Of a DNA stretch of 37,259 nucleotides, positions 8,372 through 17,258 are shown one piece after another (position 1 is the first letter of the stretch; every line of letters begins with the position of its first letter). Source of the DNA: Myxococcales bacterium (lineage in GTDB: Bacteria; Myxococcota_A; UBA9042); assembly GCA_002726535.1 (NCBI GenBank), contig PBTG01000069.1, forward strand, positions 1 through 37,259. Direction: 5' to 3'. The notes below the pieces were generated by a model. The model was not told where the DNA came from and searched no databases. It worked only from the letters and a program-made list of their open reading frames with translations. The translations under genes were made by a program, and so were the position numbers.

Positions 8372-11300
8372 CTAGTAGCCAGCTGCTTTGGCTTGGCAGT
8401 GGGTTTTGGTCTGGACCGAACCCCACTTGGCCTCTTGAGACTTGTAAGAGACGATGATGGCGTTTTGAACCTTCGACCAAGCTTTGGAATTGACCGGCGC
8501 GCTCAGATAGGTCGACACATTGCACGTAGGCTCTTGAGCGCAGGCGTTTTTGTAATCGCCCGTCCAATACTCCAGGCCACTCTGATCGGCCGCACGCTTC
8601 GCATAAGACTGATAGGTGCCCTGAATCGCTCCGGAGATCGGCGTGCTCGGAGCCAACATCAGTGTCAGCCCCCAATTGATTTTTCCACTGGAGTAGATCA
8701 ACGCCATGTTGGTGCGCCATACGCCGAGCGAGGTTGAGATGGTGTTGGAGACGTTACAGGGTGTGCCGTAACAGATTCCGGAGCCGTTGCATTTGTCCCC
8801 ATAAGTCCCTGAATTATTGTCGTTACAAGAACTGCCTGACGAAGCGTATTTGGCAGTGCAAGAGTTGCCGTTTTTGATGTATTGCGGAATGCAGGACGAA
8901 GTGCTCGGGCAAGAATAGGAGTTTCCTTTGCAGCTACCCGAGCCATTGCACACATCTGACTTGGTGTTGTTGTTGTTGTCGTTGCAGGCCGTCCCGGCAG
9001 CCGCATAGACGGGGTTGCACCCACTGCCATCTGGGAAATGCGCCAACGTACAACTATTTTTCGGCAGGTTGTTGCAACTGTAGGGAGTTCCCGTGCACTG
9101 GCCAAAGCCGCTGCACTGGTCATTTTTGGTTGTGATTTGCCCGTCATTACAGCCCGTGCCTTTCGGTGTGTATTTGGGGACACAGCCGACCCCATTTTGA
9201 ACGTAGTTCTGCACGCATTTTGGCGGCTGCGAGCAGCTGTAAAGAGTTCCTTGGCAGCCTCCGACACCATTGCACTGGTCGTTCTTGGTGTTGGTTTTAC
9301 CGTCGTCGCAGATGCCTCCGGTCAACGTGTATTTGGGCGTGCAATCTTTGCCATTGGGGGTATATGAAGCCACACAAGAGCCTGGCTTGGGGCACACAAT
9401 CGTGCTGCCTTTGCAGCCGCCCGAGCCGTCGCACTGGTCGTTTTTCGTACCCTGGCTTCCATCATCACAACTGGCGCCTTTGGCTGCATGCTGAGCAATA
9501 CACTGAACGCCATTGGTGAGGTGTTTGGGAGTGCACGTCGTGGGCTTCGGGCAGATCAGTTTGGTGCCTTTGCACCCTCCCGATCCATCGCATTTGTCAT
9601 CTTTGGTCGAAGGGTCATTGTCACTGCAAAGAACACCTTTTTGCGCGTAAATGGGCAGGCAACTCACGCCATTTTGTTTGTAACCAGAGATGCAACCCTT
9701 GGGCTTCGGACACACGTAAGGGCTCCCCTGACAGGCGCCCTTGCCGTCGCATTGGTCTTTTTCAGTCGTGTTCTTGCCGTCGTCACACTTGGTGCCTTTC
9801 AGCGCGTGATTCGGCAAACAAGCCGCACCGTTGAAGGTGTAGGTCGGTGTGCATGTAGTCGCCTTCGGACAATTGATTTTGATGCCTTTGCAGAGCCCCT
9901 GACCGTCACATTGATCGTCTTTGGTCGTGCTCAACCCATCATTACATTTCGTACCTTTGGTCAGATACTTCGGCACACAAGTGACGCCATTTTGTGAGTA
10001 ATACTGGATGCAGCCATTGGGTTTTGGACAGCTGTATGGACTGCCCTTGCAGAGACCCTGACCGTCGCACTTGTCGTCTTTGGTGCTCAGCTTGCTGTCG
10101 TCACAAATGGCGTCCACTTTCGCGTAGATCGGCAGACACTTTTTGCCATCCGTCTTGTAGCCAAGGACGCAGTTGGTGGGCTTCGGACAGACGATCGGCG
10201 AGCCCTTGCATTTGCCAAACCCGTCACATTGATCGCCGCTGGTGGTGTTGTTTTCATCATTGCAGGGCGTCTTGGCGGGCAAGGGGGTCTTGCCACAGCC
10301 TTTTTTCGGATCGCAGCTGTCTTTGGTGCAGGCGTTGCCATCGTCACATTTCTGCAGCTTGCCCGCTTGGCAGGAGCCATCTTTGCAGTAGTCAGCCACC
10401 GTGCAGACGCTGCCGTCCTCACACGAAGCCTTGTTCTGCGCGTTTTTGCAGCCAGACTTCGGAGCGCAGCTATCGGTCGTGCAAGGGTTGCTGTCATCGC
10501 AAGACTTTTCCTTGCCTGCCTGACACACACCTTGGACGCACACATCGGTCACCGTGCAGGCGTTGTCGTCATTGCAAACCGCTTTGTTAGGCTTTTTCTG
10601 ACAGCCCTTTTTCGGATCACAGCTGTCATCTGTGCAGGGGTTGCCGTCATCACAAACCAGGGCCTTGCCAGATGTACAGGTCCCTTTGGCGCAGGTATCG
10701 CCGACCGTGCAGACGCTGCCGTCGCTGCAGGTTGAGGACACGAAGGTCTTCGTACAGCCTGTCTTCGTGTCGCACCCGTCTTTCGTACAGACGTTGCCAT
10801 CATCGCATTTGTTGACCGTTGTCGTCGTGCAGGTGCCTTGTTTACAAACGTCATTGAGCGTGCAGGCGTTTCCGTCCGAGCAGGGCTTGGTGTTGTTGAC
10901 CTTGGTGCAGCCTTTTTTGTTGTCACAAGCGTTGTCGGTGCAGGGGTTGCCGTCGTCACAAGACAAGACCTTGCCGGCCAGACAGGAACCCTTGGCGCAT
11001 ACATCTCCGACGGTGCAAACGCTGCCATCATCGCAAGGCAGGCTGTTGGGACTATTTTGGCACCCTTTGGTGGGATCACAACTGTCTGTTGTACAGGGGT
11101 TGCTGTCATCACAGGATTTGGATTTGCCTGGGATGCAGGTGCCTTGGGTGCACAAGTCGCCGACGGTACAGACATTGCCATCGCTACATCCGCTCTGATT
11201 TTTGCTGAAGACGCAGCCCTTTGCCTTGTCGCAACTGTCCGTGGTGCACGGGTTGCCGTCGTTACAGGGCAATGCCTTTCCTGAGACGCATTTGCCATCT

Positions 11301-12868
11301 TTGCACACGTCACTGACGGTGCAGACGCTGCCGTCAGTGCAAGGAGTCGTCGTATTCGATGTGACGCAGCCTTTGACAGGGTCACAGCTGTCAGTCGTGC
11401 AGAGATTGCCATCATCACAAACCGTCGCCGCGCCTGGCAGACAGGTGCCAGATTTGCAGAGATCTACTTGAGTACACACGTTGCCGTCATTGCAGAGTTT
11501 AGTGTTGTTCGTGTTGCTGCAGCCGGCCTTGGCGTCACAGCTATCGTCGGTGCAAGGATTGCCGTCATTGCAGGGCAACTTACCGAGCGCGACGCACGCC
11601 CCTGACTCGCATTGATCGCCGGTTGTGCAAGCATCACCATCGCTGCATGGCACCTTGTTGTTAGTAAAGACGCAGCCCTTGAGCTGATCACAGGAATCGT
11701 TGGTGCAGGAATTTGTGTCATCACACTGGGTCGCTGCGCCAGGCAAGCAATTGCCTTGATCACAAGCGTCGTCGGTGGTGCAAACATTGTTGTCGTCGCA
11801 AGGTACGGGCGCAGCAGCGCTGTCCGTGAGCTTGTCCAGGTAGCAGCCTGTCTTGGCATCGCAGAGGTCTTTCGTACAGGGGTTGTCGTCAGAGCAATCG
11901 ATCAGGTCAGTACCGACGCATTTGCCATTGTCGCAGCCATCTGTCTGGGTGCAGACATCTCCGTCATCGCAAGATAGGTCAGCCGGCACATGGTCACAGG
12001 CCGAGTTTTTCGTACAGAGATCGGTCGTGCATGGATTGCCGTCATCACAGGCGTCCTCATCGACGTCGCCGTCACAATCGTTATCGACTCCATCGCAGGT
12101 CTCTGTCACGGCAGCCGGGGCCAAACAGGTCGCTGGCTCATCGACAACCTCGCATTTGGCGGAGCCGCTGCATCCCTGGGCGGACTGGCACAGAGCCGAG
12201 AGCCCAAGCTCAACGGCATTGCCGGTGCACGAGCAGATTCGGGAGGCTCCCTGCTTGTCGACCGGTACGCACTGATCGACCGTTTGATCTGCGACGTCGG
12301 TGATCGATTCACAGGCGTAACCGCTCGGGCAGTCTTTGGTGTCACTGCAAGCGGTGCCGCAAAAAGCAACCGTCGTCGAAGCGACACAGCGTGCGTCTTC
12401 ACTGCCGTTGCCTTGACACTGTCCATTGTCGGTACAGGGAGTACAGAGTCGCGCGTAAGGGGATACGCAGACGTAGACGGTGTCTCCACCACTGGGTACG
12501 GCCGAGCATGCATAGCCTTCAGGGCAGTCTTCAACGCAGCTGCTCGCACAGCGCTTGCCAGCTGGAGTCTCCAGGCAGATCCCCAGATTGCAATCCGGTC
12601 CGGTCTGACACGGACATCCAACTCCACCGGGGCAATCATTCGCAGAGGTCTGGTCGACCTCGATGATGTCGCTCAAAGACGTGTCTGCGCTGGTGCTATC
12701 CGCTGGTTCACTTTGATCAGTGAGGGTGCCATCGACCGTCGCATCGACAGATCGACTGCTCGATACGTCCATAGAGTCGACAGCCTCATCTGCAGAGCTA
12801 CAGCCCCAGATAAAAAGAGTCAGAACAAATATTTTACCAAATGGAGTGCAGCTTCTTACAAGCATCAT
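8372..12868 (-). CDS. Giant Cys-rich probable lipoprotein (1498 aa): MopE-like CDGxDNDCDG motif, 23 CTDC-like repeats, 9.5 copies of a 53-aa six-Cys repeat, short DUF4214-like C-terminal region
   Basis: GGAGA lies upstream of ATG 12868. The N-terminus is MMLVRSCTPFGKIFVLTLFIWGCSS; the lipobox-like IWGC has an atypical W at -2. The sequence CDGVDNDCDGDVDEDAC is followed by repeated CxDGNPCTxDSCDxxKGC units. It sits in tandem, on the same strand, upstream of the 4347-8183 gene. Confidence 0.9.
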   Translation of the reverse strand: MMLVRSCTPFGKIFVLTLFIWGCSSADEAVDSMDVSSSRSVDATVDGTLTDQSEPADSTSADTSLSDIIEVDQTSANDCPGGVGCPCQTGPDCNLGICLETPAGKRCASSCVEDCPEGYACSAVPSGGDTVYVCVSPYARLCTPCTDNGQCQGNGSEDARCVASTTVAFCGTACSDTKDCPSGYACESITDVADQTVDQCVPVDKQGASRICSCTGNAVELGLSALCQSAQGCSGSAKCEVVDEPATCLAPAAVTETCDGVDNDCDGDVDEDACDDGNPCTTDLCTKNSACDHVPADLSCDDGDVCTQTDGCDNGKCVGTDLIDCSDDNPCTKDLCDAKTGCYLDKLTDSAAAPVPCDDNNVCTTDDACDQGNCLPGAATQCDDTNSCTNDSCDQLKGCVFTNNKVPCSDGDACTTGDQCESGACVALGKLPCNDGNPCTDDSCDAKAGCSNTNNTKLCNDGNVCTQVDLCKSGTCLPGAATVCDDGNLCTTDSCDPVKGCVTSNTTTPCTDGSVCTVSDVCKDGKCVSGKALPCNDGNPCTTDSCDKAKGCVFSKNQSGCSDGNVCTVGDLCTQGTCIPGKSKSCDDSNPCTTDSCDPTKGCQNSPNSLPCDDGSVCTVGDVCAKGSCLAGKVLSCDDGNPCTDNACDNKKGCTKVNNTKPCSDGNACTLNDVCKQGTCTTTTVNKCDDGNVCTKDGCDTKTGCTKTFVSSTCSDGSVCTVGDTCAKGTCTSGKALVCDDGNPCTDDSCDPKKGCQKKPNKAVCNDDNACTVTDVCVQGVCQAGKEKSCDDSNPCTTDSCAPKSGCKNAQNKASCEDGSVCTVADYCKDGSCQAGKLQKCDDGNACTKDSCDPKKGCGKTPLPAKTPCNDENNTTSGDQCDGFGKCKGSPIVCPKPTNCVLGYKTDGKKCLPIYAKVDAICDDSKLSTKDDKCDGQGLCKGSPYSCPKPNGCIQYYSQNGVTCVPKYLTKGTKCNDGLSTTKDDQCDGQGLCKGIKINCPKATTCTPTYTFNGAACLPNHALKGTKCDDGKNTTEKDQCDGKGACQGSPYVCPKPKGCISGYKQNGVSCLPIYAQKGVLCSDNDPSTKDDKCDGSGGCKGTKLICPKPTTCTPKHLTNGVQCIAQHAAKGASCDDGSQGTKNDQCDGSGGCKGSTIVCPKPGSCVASYTPNGKDCTPKYTLTGGICDDGKTNTKNDQCNGVGGCQGTLYSCSQPPKCVQNYVQNGVGCVPKYTPKGTGCNDGQITTKNDQCSGFGQCTGTPYSCNNLPKNSCTLAHFPDGSGCNPVYAAAGTACNDNNNNTKSDVCNGSGSCKGNSYSCPSTSSCIPQYIKNGNSCTAKYASSGSSCNDNNSGTYGDKCNGSGICYGTPCNVSNTISTSLGVWRTNMALIYSSGKINWGLTLMLAPSTPISGAIQGTYQSYAKRAADQSGLEYWTGDYKNACAQEPTCNVSTYLSAPVNSKAWSKVQNAIIVSYKSQEAKWGSVQTKTHCQAKAAGY
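8759..10264 (-). repeat. 9 full plus 1 half tandem copies of a 53-aa (159-bp) six-cysteine coding repeat
   Basis: The consensus is CPKPxxCxxxYxxNGxxCxPxYxxKGTxCxDGxxxTKxDQCDGxGxCKGxxxx. Seven copies are exactly 53 aa; the others are 55 and 51 aa. The first Cys codon of copy 1 is at 10187-10189. Confidence 0.9.
10265..12049 (-). repeat. 23 tandem CTDC-like (Dictyostelium-type Cys repeat) units, strictly alternating two subtypes
   Basis: Subtype A (26 aa) is CxDGNPCTxDSCDxxKGCxxxxNxxx. Subtype B (25 aa) is CxDGxVCTVxDxCxxGxCxxGKxxx. My hand count gives 595 aa in total. The first Cys codon is at 12047-12049. Confidence 0.88.
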
Positions 12869-13185
12869 CAGTCTCCGCAGATGAGGGCTTCATCAAAAGA
12901 ATAAGGCAGGCCGTGATGGGTAGATAATACCGAATTTCCAACATCAATTGCACATGGTCCAGATCGTTAGCTTCAGTGGTCGCCAAATTCGAGGATAAAA
13001 TGGTGTCTATGCGTTCTAATCGATGTGTTTTATCTCCATCATTATTTCTGACTTCAGACGAGTCCTGCTGGAGTGTGAAGTTCGACACATCTGCGGTAAG
13101 GGCGCTATACAAAGCCTTGCCTCGGCACGACAGCTGCCGTGATCAAGCCCGGCGGTATACAGGATGCCGACGTTCGCTCGATTGG

Positions 13186-14253
13186 ATGAATGAGATGGCG
13201 ATAGCGATGACGACCAAGCGAATGGTATGGCTGTTGTTGCTGCTCGCAGGATGCGCCGAGTTGGGCGATCCGACGCCTCTTCGCACAGGAGCCGTCCAAA
13301 ATCGGTCGACGCAGTTTAATGAAAAAAAGATCCCCGTCTTCGAACAACTCAGCCAAAGTCGCGATTCCGATGTGCTGCGCCTGGTGTCCTACAACGTCGA
13401 AAAAAACAGTGCTTTTGAACCCGGCGATCCACAACAGCAGCGATTTATCCGCCTCGTCCAAGCGCTAAAGGCAGACATCTATGCGCTGCAAGAGGTCTCT
13501 TCGAGTCCCAAAAAAGTGATCAAATGGTTCAATGCCAACGCGCCGCTCGCCTCAGGAGGATCGTGGTTCGCTTATGAGGCTGGCTCGACCATGACGGTGA
13601 GCCGATTTCCCAAGATCCACCATCGCCCGACGACCTCACCGGACAGCGGACGTAAAGTTGGTTTGACGTCATTGGATGTGCCAGCATCCATCTGGCCACG
13701 CCCCTTGTACGTCATCAACACTCACTTGACTTGTTGCGGTGATGGGCAACTAGAGCGCCAACGACAAGCCGACAGTATCGTCGCCTGGATTCGTAGATTG
13801 AGAGCGGGTCTGGGGCCCGTGACGCTAGCGGCCACTGACCCGCTGGTGATTCTCGGCGATCTCAACCTAGTCGGACAGACGCTACCGCTAGAGACCTTAT
13901 TAACGGGAAATATCGACGATGAAACATATTGGGGACAAGACGCAGCGCCCGACGGCGATGGTTCAGCGCTCGCTGATCTCGCGCCCACACACAACGGCGA
14001 TGGACTCGCTCGCTGGACTTGGCGAAACGACTCGGGCTCCTTCGCTCCGGGTAGACTCGATTACATCCTCATCTCTGACAGCGTACTTCGGTCAGTCTCT
14101 TCGGCCGTTTTAAACACGACCTCTTTGAGCGACGAGCAGCTCACGTCCTTGCAACTCGAGCGGCTCGATGTCGGCAAAATGCGGGTCAAAGGCGGATTGT
14201 CTCTCGACCATTTGCCACTCATCGCTGACCTTCGCTGGGTTCAACCGAAGTGA
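13186..14253 (+). CDS. Endonuclease/exonuclease/phosphatase (EEP) family lipoprotein
   Basis: EEP motifs are all present: LVSYNVEKN, DIYALQEV, INTHLTCCG, VILGDLNLV, RLDYILIS and LDHLPLIADL. A lipoprotein signal (MTTKRMVWLLLLLAGC) argues for an internal start. Candidate starts are ATG 13186, 13195 or 13207; the track's 12976 extension is not protein-like. Confidence 0.85.
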   Translation: MNEMAIAMTTKRMVWLLLLLAGCAELGDPTPLRTGAVQNRSTQFNEKKIPVFEQLSQSRDSDVLRLVSYNVEKNSAFEPGDPQQQRFIRLVQALKADIYALQEVSSSPKKVIKWFNANAPLASGGSWFAYEAGSTMTVSRFPKIHHRPTTSPDSGRKVGLTSLDVPASIWPRPLYVINTHLTCCGDGQLERQRQADSIVAWIRRLRAGLGPVTLAATDPLVILGDLNLVGQTLPLETLLTGNIDDETYWGQDAAPDGDGSALADLAPTHNGDGLARWTWRNDSGSFAPGRLDYILISDSVLRSVSSAVLNTTSLSDEQLTSLQLERLDVGKMRVKGGLSLDHLPLIADLRWVQPK

Positions 14254-14339
14254 AGCGACAGGTCGGTAGAGTAGATCTTTGTCTGGATTGATACGTCTGA
14301 ACGCAATGAGCAATACGTTTCCTCACCCAGGAGCCAAAG

Positions 14340-17258
14340 ATGACGTACACGCCCAACAGCCTCAGTCGCTGCATGTGGGTCATGCCATGGTGCCTTGTAC
14401 TCTCGGGTTGTGTCGGAGTCGGTCCACTCTCTCCAAAGAAATCCTCCTCCCATCCCTCTCGAGTGATGAGCGGGTCGATTCAACGAACTGACGGCGCTGA
14501 GCAATATCGAAGCGAAAGTCCTGAGCATGCTCAGGTGGCTTTGGAACTCAAAGCGCTACCGGTGCATCCGAAACTCGCTGAACGGGTCCTCAGTAACGGC
14601 TTGACTGTACTCGCCCTTGACCGAGGCCGACCGGAGTCAAAGGTCCTCATGTGGTTGGTGGTTCGAGCGGGTTCGCGACATGAAACTCAAGCGGACCGGG
14701 GCAGCGCTCGTGTCCTGCAACATCTGGCATTCGGCGGTGATGAGGCTCTGCCGAAAGATGTGATTGACGCTTGGTTTAGCAAACGAGGCTCACGAGCCGA
14801 TCCGGATCTGCACGGCTACACCTCTCACGACGAGACCGTCTATCAACTACAAGTAGCGGCAAATGACGACGACGCTCTCATATCTGGCCTGAAGATCCTA
14901 CGCCATTGGGCAGCAGAGATGTCTGTATCTCAACCCCTTGTTCGCGCAGCGATGAAGTCGCTAGGCAAGACACAATACCGGCAAGATCATCCGGCCGCTC
15001 AAGCGGCAGCTGTGCACAAAAAGGCCGTACTCAAAGGCTGCTCTTATGCCCCCAAAGGCCCGGTCGCAAACCTACCGAAGGGTAGCATTTCGCGTGAGCA
15101 AGTAGTGCGTCGTTACTATGAGCGATGGTATCGCCCGGACAACGCTGCGCTGATCGTGGTCGGTCCGGTCCGTGCCAAACAAACCATCGAGCGGATCGAA
15201 GAGAGCTTCGGCAGCTGGCGATCGCCCAACGCACCGCTCACCAAGATACGCGATGACACCTCGCTGAAATCAGCGCAACTACGCGTATCTCGCTATGCAA
15301 ACAAAGCGCTACAATCCAACCGCATCTCCTTAATATTGAGTCGTCGCGCAGAGATCGTCAGTCACCGAGCGGCTTACGCGCAAACTCTTCGCCGCCGCAT
15401 GAGTATTCGCATGCTCAATCTACGCTTGCAGGCGGTATCGAAACAGCGGCGCTTTGGAGCCGGTCAAGTCGGTGCGTTTCACAGGCGCTGGGTCAAATCG
15501 ATCCAAGCGACCGTACTGAGCGCGAGTGGTCAAGTGAGCCAGCTGCCCGAGCGGATCGCTCTGATCAATCGCGAGCTAGAGCGAATCAGCAGGCATGGCT
15601 TTACGCCACAACAAATCGGCGACGCCAAGGCTTGGGTGCTCGCGCGTATTCGCTCAGAGGCTACTCGGCGTCACACCATCGCAAATCGTCGACTAGCTCA
15701 TGCGTTGGTTCGCCACGCGACCCGGGCAGACGCGATGATGTCTCTCGAGCAGGAACTCAAGCTCTGTGAAGAGATCGTGCCAAACATCACAGCTCAAGAG
15801 CTTCGAGACACTGTCAACGCATGGGCCAATCGCTCCGATCGGTTGGTGACACTGTCTTGTCGCAACTGTGACGACGGCTTATCAGATAGAGTTCTCGCTC
15901 GGTCGGCGACCTGGCCCAAAGATAGGCCCCTATCTCCTTGGGTTGACGGTCCCCCTGATGCGGAGTTGCTTTGGAACCTGCCTACCCCAGGCACGATCAT
16001 CTCACGAAACCACCTCGCAGCCGCCAACCTCTTTAGATGGCAACTCAGCAATGGAGCAGAGGTCGTCCTCAAAACAACGCCAGGGTCAACCACCGCCATT
16101 CGTTTCGAGGCGATCGCTCCAGGCGGCTGGTCGCTAGGCTCGACGGAGCATATCGCCAGCGCCAAAGCGTCAGCGTCATTGGCCAACGCTTGCGGGCTTG
16201 GCGCGTGGAGTGCCGATCAGCTACGAAAGCGGCTCAAAAAATCCGACGTCGTTGTAAAATTTAGGCTCTCCCATCTCGACCACGGTCTCCGAGGTCACGC
16301 CCCCGCCAAACACATCGCTACGCTGCTTGAGGCCGTTCATCTGCACTTTGGCCCCCTTCGAAAGGACCCCGATGCCCAACTCATCTGGCGCAAAAACCGA
16401 GAAGCCCAGATACAAAGGCGCGGGCTACGTTGGCGAGCTCGTTTGTACGACCAAGTCCGCGCGATGTTGTATCAAGGCCATCCCAAAGGTCGGGTACCCT
16501 CGCTGAGGGAACTCGCTGAAGTAGACTCCTCCGACGCATTGAAGTTTCTCCGAGCCCGGTTTCAGCAGGCCAACGGCTTTCGCTTCATTGTCGTCGGTGA
16601 TCTCGATCCACGGCGTTTCGAGGCGCTCTTGAGGATCTATATCGCGAGTCTTCCAAGCGGCGCCGCAGACCAACGTCGCGATGACGGTCTGAAGATCCAT
16701 GCTCGCGGTAAGCTCACGTTGTCTTCGACGCAAGTAAAGCGCGCAACTCGAATTGTCTATTTCTCGCAACCCTCTGCGTGGACTTCAACCAAAGCGAACC
16801 ACCTCAAAGAACTCGCTCGTGCGCTAGGAGATTGGTTGCCTTCAGTCGTTGAGATTTCCCCAAAGGACCTCAAGGTCAGCGCATCTTTTGAGCGTTGGCC
16901 TACAGGCCATTTCAAGTTGGCGATAGAGCTTCGTTGCGCGGCCGCGGATCTGGAGACGACGACGAGTTCGTTGTTGCGCGCCTTACAACTTGTTCGCCAA
17001 CAGGGCATCTCTCCTCGACATTCGTCCAAACTGAGTGTGTCCACGAGTCTACAATCTCGCTCCATCTCCAAGCGCTCTCAGAGTATCGATGCTCTTCGAT
17101 GGCGCCGTCGTCTCGCTCGAGGACACCTTGCAAAGACGCCGTTGTCTGCTTTGGCGCCAAAGCGGTTGGTTGTGGCTTCAAACACAGATCTGCAGGCCAT
17201 CGCGAAGCTCGCGCTGACTCCTGAGAGCTTCTTGACCGTGACCTTGTTGCCCAAATGA
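14340..17258 (+). CDS. M16 (pitrilysin/insulinase) family two-halves protein, lipoprotein, with degenerate zinc motif (probable non-peptidase homologue)
   Basis: AGGAG at 14329-14333 sits 6 nt before the ATG. Lipobox LVLSGC. The N-terminal M16 signature is LSNGLTVLAL...VVRAGSRHE...GSARVLQHLAFGG, and a second M16-like half starts near residue 540. The canonical GxAHxxEHxxFxG reads GSARVLQHLAFGG. Confidence 0.85.
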   Translation: MTYTPNSLSRCMWVMPWCLVLSGCVGVGPLSPKKSSSHPSRVMSGSIQRTDGAEQYRSESPEHAQVALELKALPVHPKLAERVLSNGLTVLALDRGRPESKVLMWLVVRAGSRHETQADRGSARVLQHLAFGGDEALPKDVIDAWFSKRGSRADPDLHGYTSHDETVYQLQVAANDDDALISGLKILRHWAAEMSVSQPLVRAAMKSLGKTQYRQDHPAAQAAAVHKKAVLKGCSYAPKGPVANLPKGSISREQVVRRYYERWYRPDNAALIVVGPVRAKQTIERIEESFGSWRSPNAPLTKIRDDTSLKSAQLRVSRYANKALQSNRISLILSRRAEIVSHRAAYAQTLRRRMSIRMLNLRLQAVSKQRRFGAGQVGAFHRRWVKSIQATVLSASGQVSQLPERIALINRELERISRHGFTPQQIGDAKAWVLARIRSEATRRHTIANRRLAHALVRHATRADAMMSLEQELKLCEEIVPNITAQELRDTVNAWANRSDRLVTLSCRNCDDGLSDRVLARSATWPKDRPLSPWVDGPPDAELLWNLPTPGTIISRNHLAAANLFRWQLSNGAEVVLKTTPGSTTAIRFEAIAPGGWSLGSTEHIASAKASASLANACGLGAWSADQLRKRLKKSDVVVKFRLSHLDHGLRGHAPAKHIATLLEAVHLHFGPLRKDPDAQLIWRKNREAQIQRRGLRWRARLYDQVRAMLYQGHPKGRVPSLRELAEVDSSDALKFLRARFQQANGFRFIVVGDLDPRRFEALLRIYIASLPSGAADQRRDDGLKIHARGKLTLSSTQVKRATRIVYFSQPSAWTSTKANHLKELARALGDWLPSVVEISPKDLKVSASFERWPTGHFKLAIELRCAAADLETTTSSLLRALQLVRQQGISPRHSSKLSVSTSLQSRSISKRSQSIDALRWRRRLARGHLAKTPLSALAPKRLVVASNTDLQAIAKLALTPESFLTVTLLPK

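Noticed and set aside
7491-12049. Regularly spaced direct repeats that might superficially suggest a CRISPR array or satellite.
   Set aside because: The repeats are in-frame coding units with no unique spacers of constant length. They lie entirely inside long ORFs, and no cas genes are present.
8698-12904. Many 60-300 aa ORFs on both strands overlapping the 8372-12868 gene (for example 10549-11418 minus, 11990-12904 plus, 10632-11198 plus).
   Set aside because: These are alternative frames or the antisense strand of a highly repetitive Cys-codon-rich gene. The products are low-complexity, and the single 1498-aa frame explains the whole region.
12834-13185. A 317-nt, relatively AT-rich divergent intergenic region with a 92-aa minus-strand ORF (12834-13112) and short inverted repeats (acttca/tgaagt).
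   Set aside because: The ORF overlaps the start of the 1498-aa gene, has no RBS and no recognisable features. The inverted repeats are 6 bp only. The region is most simply a divergent promoter region, and I could not define convincing -35/-10 boxes.
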